In this document: piece by piece, positions 60,301 to 64,000 of the stretch
Layout of the letters: every line of letters starts with the position of its first letter
How positions within the stretch are numbered: the stretch's first letter is position 1
Source: Candidatus Latescibacterota bacterium
Lineage (GTDB): Bacteria > Latescibacterota > UBA2968 > UBA8231
Length of the DNA stretch: 64,000 nucleotides
Assembly: GCA_965197905.1 (NCBI GenBank)
Contig: CBDAOB010000004.1
Coordinates: 480,001 to 544,000 of the forward strand
Direction: 5' to 3'
Program-made: the position numbers and the translations under genes
Notes under the pieces: generated by a model
What the model was told of the DNA's origin: nothing
The model's database searches: none
What the model saw: the letters and a program-made list of their open reading frames with translations, nothing else

Positions 60301-63258
60301 AGACGGCCGGCGCCGAATCGAAACCGCGCCGGTCTTTTTCTTCTCGTTGCAGCGCTAACCGTCCAATTGAGCTTTGCTCAAACCCTGCCGCTCCTGGAGG
60401 TCGCGAAACCTCGGTTGTTGATGCGCCAGGAGCGCACGGCCTACCGCAACTTCGCCTTCGATAACTGGGTCAACTATCCGAACCACGCCTCTCCGTACGA
60501 AGATGCGCCGAAGGCAATCTATGGTAGCATGGGGAACTATCTCCTCAGCGGCTACCCCGCCTACGAATGGCTCGAAACCCGGCGCCCGGACCAGAAGTGG
60601 GGTAGCTCTATCTTCAAGGATGTACCGCTTCAGGCACTCTCCGGGAGTGATTGGGTCACCATCTTCGACAGCATGCTCGTGGGAAAGGACGGATATGGAA
60701 ACTGGGGCTACAGCCTGATTGTCGGCGATGCGCTGCTGGCACGCCTGACTCCCTTGACCTTGTCGAAGGCCAACTTCAACGGGTTTCGGATGGATATCGC
60801 CACGCCGTACCTGCAGCTCACCGGCATGGCCTCTCGCTTCGAACGGCCGCACTCGTTTCAGGAGGTGGTGACGCCCTGGATGGTCGACGACTACTTCCAC
60901 ATGGCCGACGATTCGACGCTCATGCTGGCGGGACGTGCGCAGGGGCAGTTCGGAGGATTGCAGCTGGGGTTGAATTGGGTCAACCAACATCTCTACCAGA
61001 GCACCAAGCCGGGGAACAGTCTCAAGGGCATCCTCCGACCCGGGCAGGCATTGATCGATCAGGTTCTGGTGCGCATCTCCGACGACTCCCCATTGGACGG
61101 GAGCGGTGGCGCCGTCGTACAGGATATTCAGATACGGGTCAACGGTGAATTGCGTCCTGACTTGAAGCGACCACCCATCCTCCACGCCAGCGGTGTCCAG
61201 ATTCAAGTCGGGCGAATCTCCCAGGAGACGGGCTCGTTTTCACCTATATCCTACAACACGCCGAGCCCCAGCCTTGACGTAGAAGGGCTCGTCTTTTACC
61301 GCGAACGAGAAATTCCCCTCTACGCCGATTACCTCTACCGGCTGGATCACGAGGCGGGCATTGACGTCAGCAAACAGACCAACCTCAAGGGATTGGTATC
61401 CAGCTTTCGCATACATCCGGGTGGAGTAGCGCGGGTGGACGGTAACGAGCAGCTGGTCTACCTGTTCGACCTGACCCAGGAGGGCTCGCCGCAATCGGTC
61501 GAGCTGGAGGCGATGTTGGCAAACGACTACAAGGTCGAGATCGCCCTCTTGAGCAACCGGAGTCCCCGCGCCAGGGGGTTACACGCCCAGTACATCAGCT
61601 CCTTCTATCGCACGGTGGCACGCGCAAAAGGGAATGTGCGGGATGAAACCAACATCCGGCAGTTGCGTATTCCGATCGACGAGAACACCGGACAGTTCGT
61701 CTACAGCGCCGACTTTTCGCTGCAAACTCTCGGTCTGGAGATCAAAGGAGAATTCGCTCGCTCGGCACTGCACTCGCGCTTTCCGGCTCACCTGGATCGG
61801 GAACCCACTTTCGCCGACGGCGCCCATTCGGTCGATCGCGGCAATGCCTATTTCATCAACGCCACGCGCTGGTTTGGCCGCGCGCGGTTTGGGGCCGAAT
61901 ATTTCTCCATCAATCCCGAATTCCAGACGGAGATTCGCACCTTTTTCGATCCAACCTTCGAGATCGAAGTGACCAATCTCTACGGCCTCGCCAATCGCAC
62001 CCTCTACTGGCAGCTGGTTGACGACAACGAGGATGGCGATGCGTATCCCGACCGGCGCATCGGCAATCTTCCCGGACTCATCAACGACTCCAAAGCGTAC
62101 GACATCGACGGAGTGTTTCCCGGCCAGGATGAGGATCGAGACGGCGCACCGCGGACCAACCGCAACCTGAATACGGTGCCGGACTACGAAGAGCCGTTCC
62201 TGATGTTCGACATCGAGCCCAACGAATACATCTACGGCCTCGATCGCAACAACAATGACGAACCCGACTTCAGGGAGGATGATGGGGCGGTGGATTACCC
62301 GTACGACTACGACCAGCACGGCTACCACCTGTTCGGCCAGTTCGATCTCACTAGACGATGGAAGCTGGCCGTCGGTCAGCATCGCGTGGATGAAGTGGCG
62401 GGGGGAGGCCGCAACCATTCCTCATACGCGATTCTCACTTTCCGGCGAGAAGGGGTCGCTATGATCCGGCGCATCTTCCTCGAAAATCACCTGCGGCGGG
62501 TCCGAGACGATATATCCGACGAGTACGTCGTGGTGGACGAGGTTCCCATTCGCCAGGGGCAGTTCGGCCAGCTCGGCCTCACTTTCTACTACGAAAAGCA
62601 CGACGGATCGCTGCCCCCGCCGCGGTTCGTGCAGCGGTTTCGTCGCGATCCGGTCTGGTACGCGGACAGCTACGTGAACGAGTCCTACGCCGAGGCGCGG
62701 GTGCGTCCCGTTCCGAATCTCGAGCTCACCCAAACGTTGCGCGCGCGTTTCAACTGGCAGCAGGGGGGGCGTCTCTACAATGGGCAGTATCAACGCAGCC
62801 GCCGGCTCGACTTCTGGTCGTGGGTGGGGAGCGTCGATTACGAACATCATTGGGGCCGAGCGACCATTCGACCCCAGTACAAGTTCATGTTGCTCCGCCT
62901 CGTCGATCAGGAACGGAACCTGAGTTTCAGTTCGGAGACTCGTTCAATTCCCATACTGCGTTTCTCCATGCTGGTGGTGAGCCGCACCGTGCTTCAGGCT
63001 GGCGTCCAGGGATTTGGACCTTTGCCCTACCGTCACGACGATCGCATCGCCAAACGGAACAGCTTCGAGCAGCGCACCTCCTTCGTCACCTTGACCAACC
63101 GCAGCGCCTATTTCGGCTACGAGCTGGTGACCATCTTCGGAGTAGGCAAGGACGAAAAGAAGCTAAAAGGCGAATTCCAGGATCACCGCGCCTTCCACGA
63201 CCTGACCCTGTTTGCAAGGGCGATCATCGGTTTCACCGAATACGGCCGCCTGATATAG
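60274..63258 (+). CDS. Large exported protein of unknown family, paralog 3 (start uncertain; frame open from 60142)
   Basis: Signal-like GLFLLVAALTVQLSFAQ; homology to the other two paralogs through to the C-terminal IIGFTEYGRLI. Confidence 0.85.
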   Translation: MWVIPVNLPRRPAPNRNRAGLFLLVAALTVQLSFAQTLPLLEVAKPRLLMRQERTAYRNFAFDNWVNYPNHASPYEDAPKAIYGSMGNYLLSGYPAYEWLETRRPDQKWGSSIFKDVPLQALSGSDWVTIFDSMLVGKDGYGNWGYSLIVGDALLARLTPLTLSKANFNGFRMDIATPYLQLTGMASRFERPHSFQEVVTPWMVDDYFHMADDSTLMLAGRAQGQFGGLQLGLNWVNQHLYQSTKPGNSLKGILRPGQALIDQVLVRISDDSPLDGSGGAVVQDIQIRVNGELRPDLKRPPILHASGVQIQVGRISQETGSFSPISYNTPSPSLDVEGLVFYREREIPLYADYLYRLDHEAGIDVSKQTNLKGLVSSFRIHPGGVARVDGNEQLVYLFDLTQEGSPQSVELEAMLANDYKVEIALLSNRSPRARGLHAQYISSFYRTVARAKGNVRDETNIRQLRIPIDENTGQFVYSADFSLQTLGLEIKGEFARSALHSRFPAHLDREPTFADGAHSVDRGNAYFINATRWFGRARFGAEYFSINPEFQTEIRTFFDPTFEIEVTNLYGLANRTLYWQLVDDNEDGDAYPDRRIGNLPGLINDSKAYDIDGVFPGQDEDRDGAPRTNRNLNTVPDYEEPFLMFDIEPNEYIYGLDRNNNDEPDFREDDGAVDYPYDYDQHGYHLFGQFDLTRRWKLAVGQHRVDEVAGGGRNHSSYAILTFRREGVAMIRRIFLENHLRRVRDDISDEYVVVDEVPIRQGQFGQLGLTFYYEKHDGSLPPPRFVQRFRRDPVWYADSYVNESYAEARVRPVPNLELTQTLRARFNWQQGGRLYNGQYQRSRRLDFWSWVGSVDYEHHWGRATIRPQYKFMLLRLVDQERNLSFSSETRSIPILRFSMLVVSRTVLQAGVQGFGPLPYRHDDRIAKRNSFEQRTSFVTLTNRSAYFGYELVTIFGVGKDEKKLKGEFQDHRAFHDLTLFARAIIGFTEYGRLI

Positions 63259-63327
63259 TGTCCTGTATCAAAAGTATCGACGAGGACAGTTTCGCCGAGT
63301 GGATCGGCCGTTGACAAGGGGCCTGCC

Positions 63328-64000
63328 TTGACCCACTTGACTGACGTCAACACGAGTGACATCGAGGACGCGGTCCGCCTCGGGTGTCACTGCATGTGCA
63401 ACATGTTCGATGCCGACGATGGCGACGTGCCGTACTTCCGCGTGGTCGCCAGGCCGGACGCGTTTCTAGGCATCCCCCTGATCGAGCACGTTCCCGGCCG
63501 GCACCTCAACGCCCTTCTCAACGCCGAGGACGTCGTCGAGGTGGCCATCGACGAAGAGGCCATCGACAAGCACGCGCGGGTGGCCTTCCTGTCCTACTGC
63601 GGCCCGCTGCCACTGTCCCTCGGCCGGCAGGACGGGGCGGGGCCGCCGCGCATGTTCGTGCCGCACCACGTGCGCGAGGGCTTCCACGCCCTGTACGCCC
63701 TCGTCGAGTTCCGGGGATCACTCCGGGCCCGCGATCTCGCTGAGGCGAGCATACAGACCATCCTCGATTACTGGAATCCTGAGACCGAGTGGGACGCGGC
63801 GCGGCTCGAGCAGCAGGGCATCGTGTTCAATGATTCCGGCACGTTCATCTCCGGGGTTGCGCGCACGATCGGTCCCCTGGTGAAGTACTATCGCTCCACG
63901 GGTCACGCCGCCGCGCTCGAGCTCGCGCTACTGCTGAAGGAGAAGGCGATCGGCCGCTACTTCACCGCGGACGGCTCCTACGACCGCGAGCTGTTCGGCA
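63328..64000 (+). CDS. GH127/DUF1680-like protein, paralog 2 (runs off the window; absent from the ORF track)
   Basis: DVNTSDIEDAVRLGCH, PGRHLNALLNAED and REGFHALYAL match 48053-49654. Confidence 0.8.
   Translation, partial: MTHLTDVNTSDIEDAVRLGCHCMCNMFDADDGDVPYFRVVARPDAFLGIPLIEHVPGRHLNALLNAEDVVEVAIDEEAIDKHARVAFLSYCGPLPLSLGRQDGAGPPRMFVPHHVREGFHALYALVEFRGSLRARDLAEASIQTILDYWNPETEWDAARLEQQGIVFNDSGTFISGVARTIGPLVKYYRSTGHAAALELALLLKEKAIGRYFTADGSYDRELFG

Noticed and set aside
1..64000. CRISPR array, integron attC array, reverse-transcriptase/DGR system, intact integrase
   Set aside because: No regularly spaced repeats, and no RT (YxDD) or tyrosine/serine recombinase ORF was recognised

Overview
A 64-kb, GC-rich bacterial window. 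The gene content (many PhyH dioxygenases, a sulfatase, BNR/sialidase-like proteins, GH78, DUF6785/DUF4838-like proteins, a FlgD-type C-terminal fragment) suggests Ca. Latescibacterota or a similar lineage; this is inference only. A small core block (clpB 3' end, tRNA-Val(CAC), zinc-ribbon gene, rnpB, LPP20-like gene, pyrF, tRNA-Pro(TGG)) sits among accessory DNA. Two islands are bounded by duplicated tRNA 3' ends: about 4.5 kb at tRNA-Val and about 24 kb at tRNA-Pro. Two further orphan tRNA 3' fragments are present (Glu(CTC), and a probable Arg on the minus strand). No intact integrase was found. The islands hold stacked, decayed remnants of one satellite-like element (TerS/DUF5681-like ORF, a conserved two-gene pair and orfX). 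Its '...QINIAEQQVNVAG*' tail module recurs five times, always antisense to the associated tRNA sequence. Cargo is glycan, sulfate and 2-oxoglutarate-dioxygenase catabolism, interspersed with many short gene fragments and IS91- and IS5-type remnants. Three ~1000-aa paralogous exported proteins of a family I do not recognise (probable beta-barrel with acidic Ca-binding-like repeats) are the most conspicuous unexplained coding feature. No CRISPR array or rRNA was seen.
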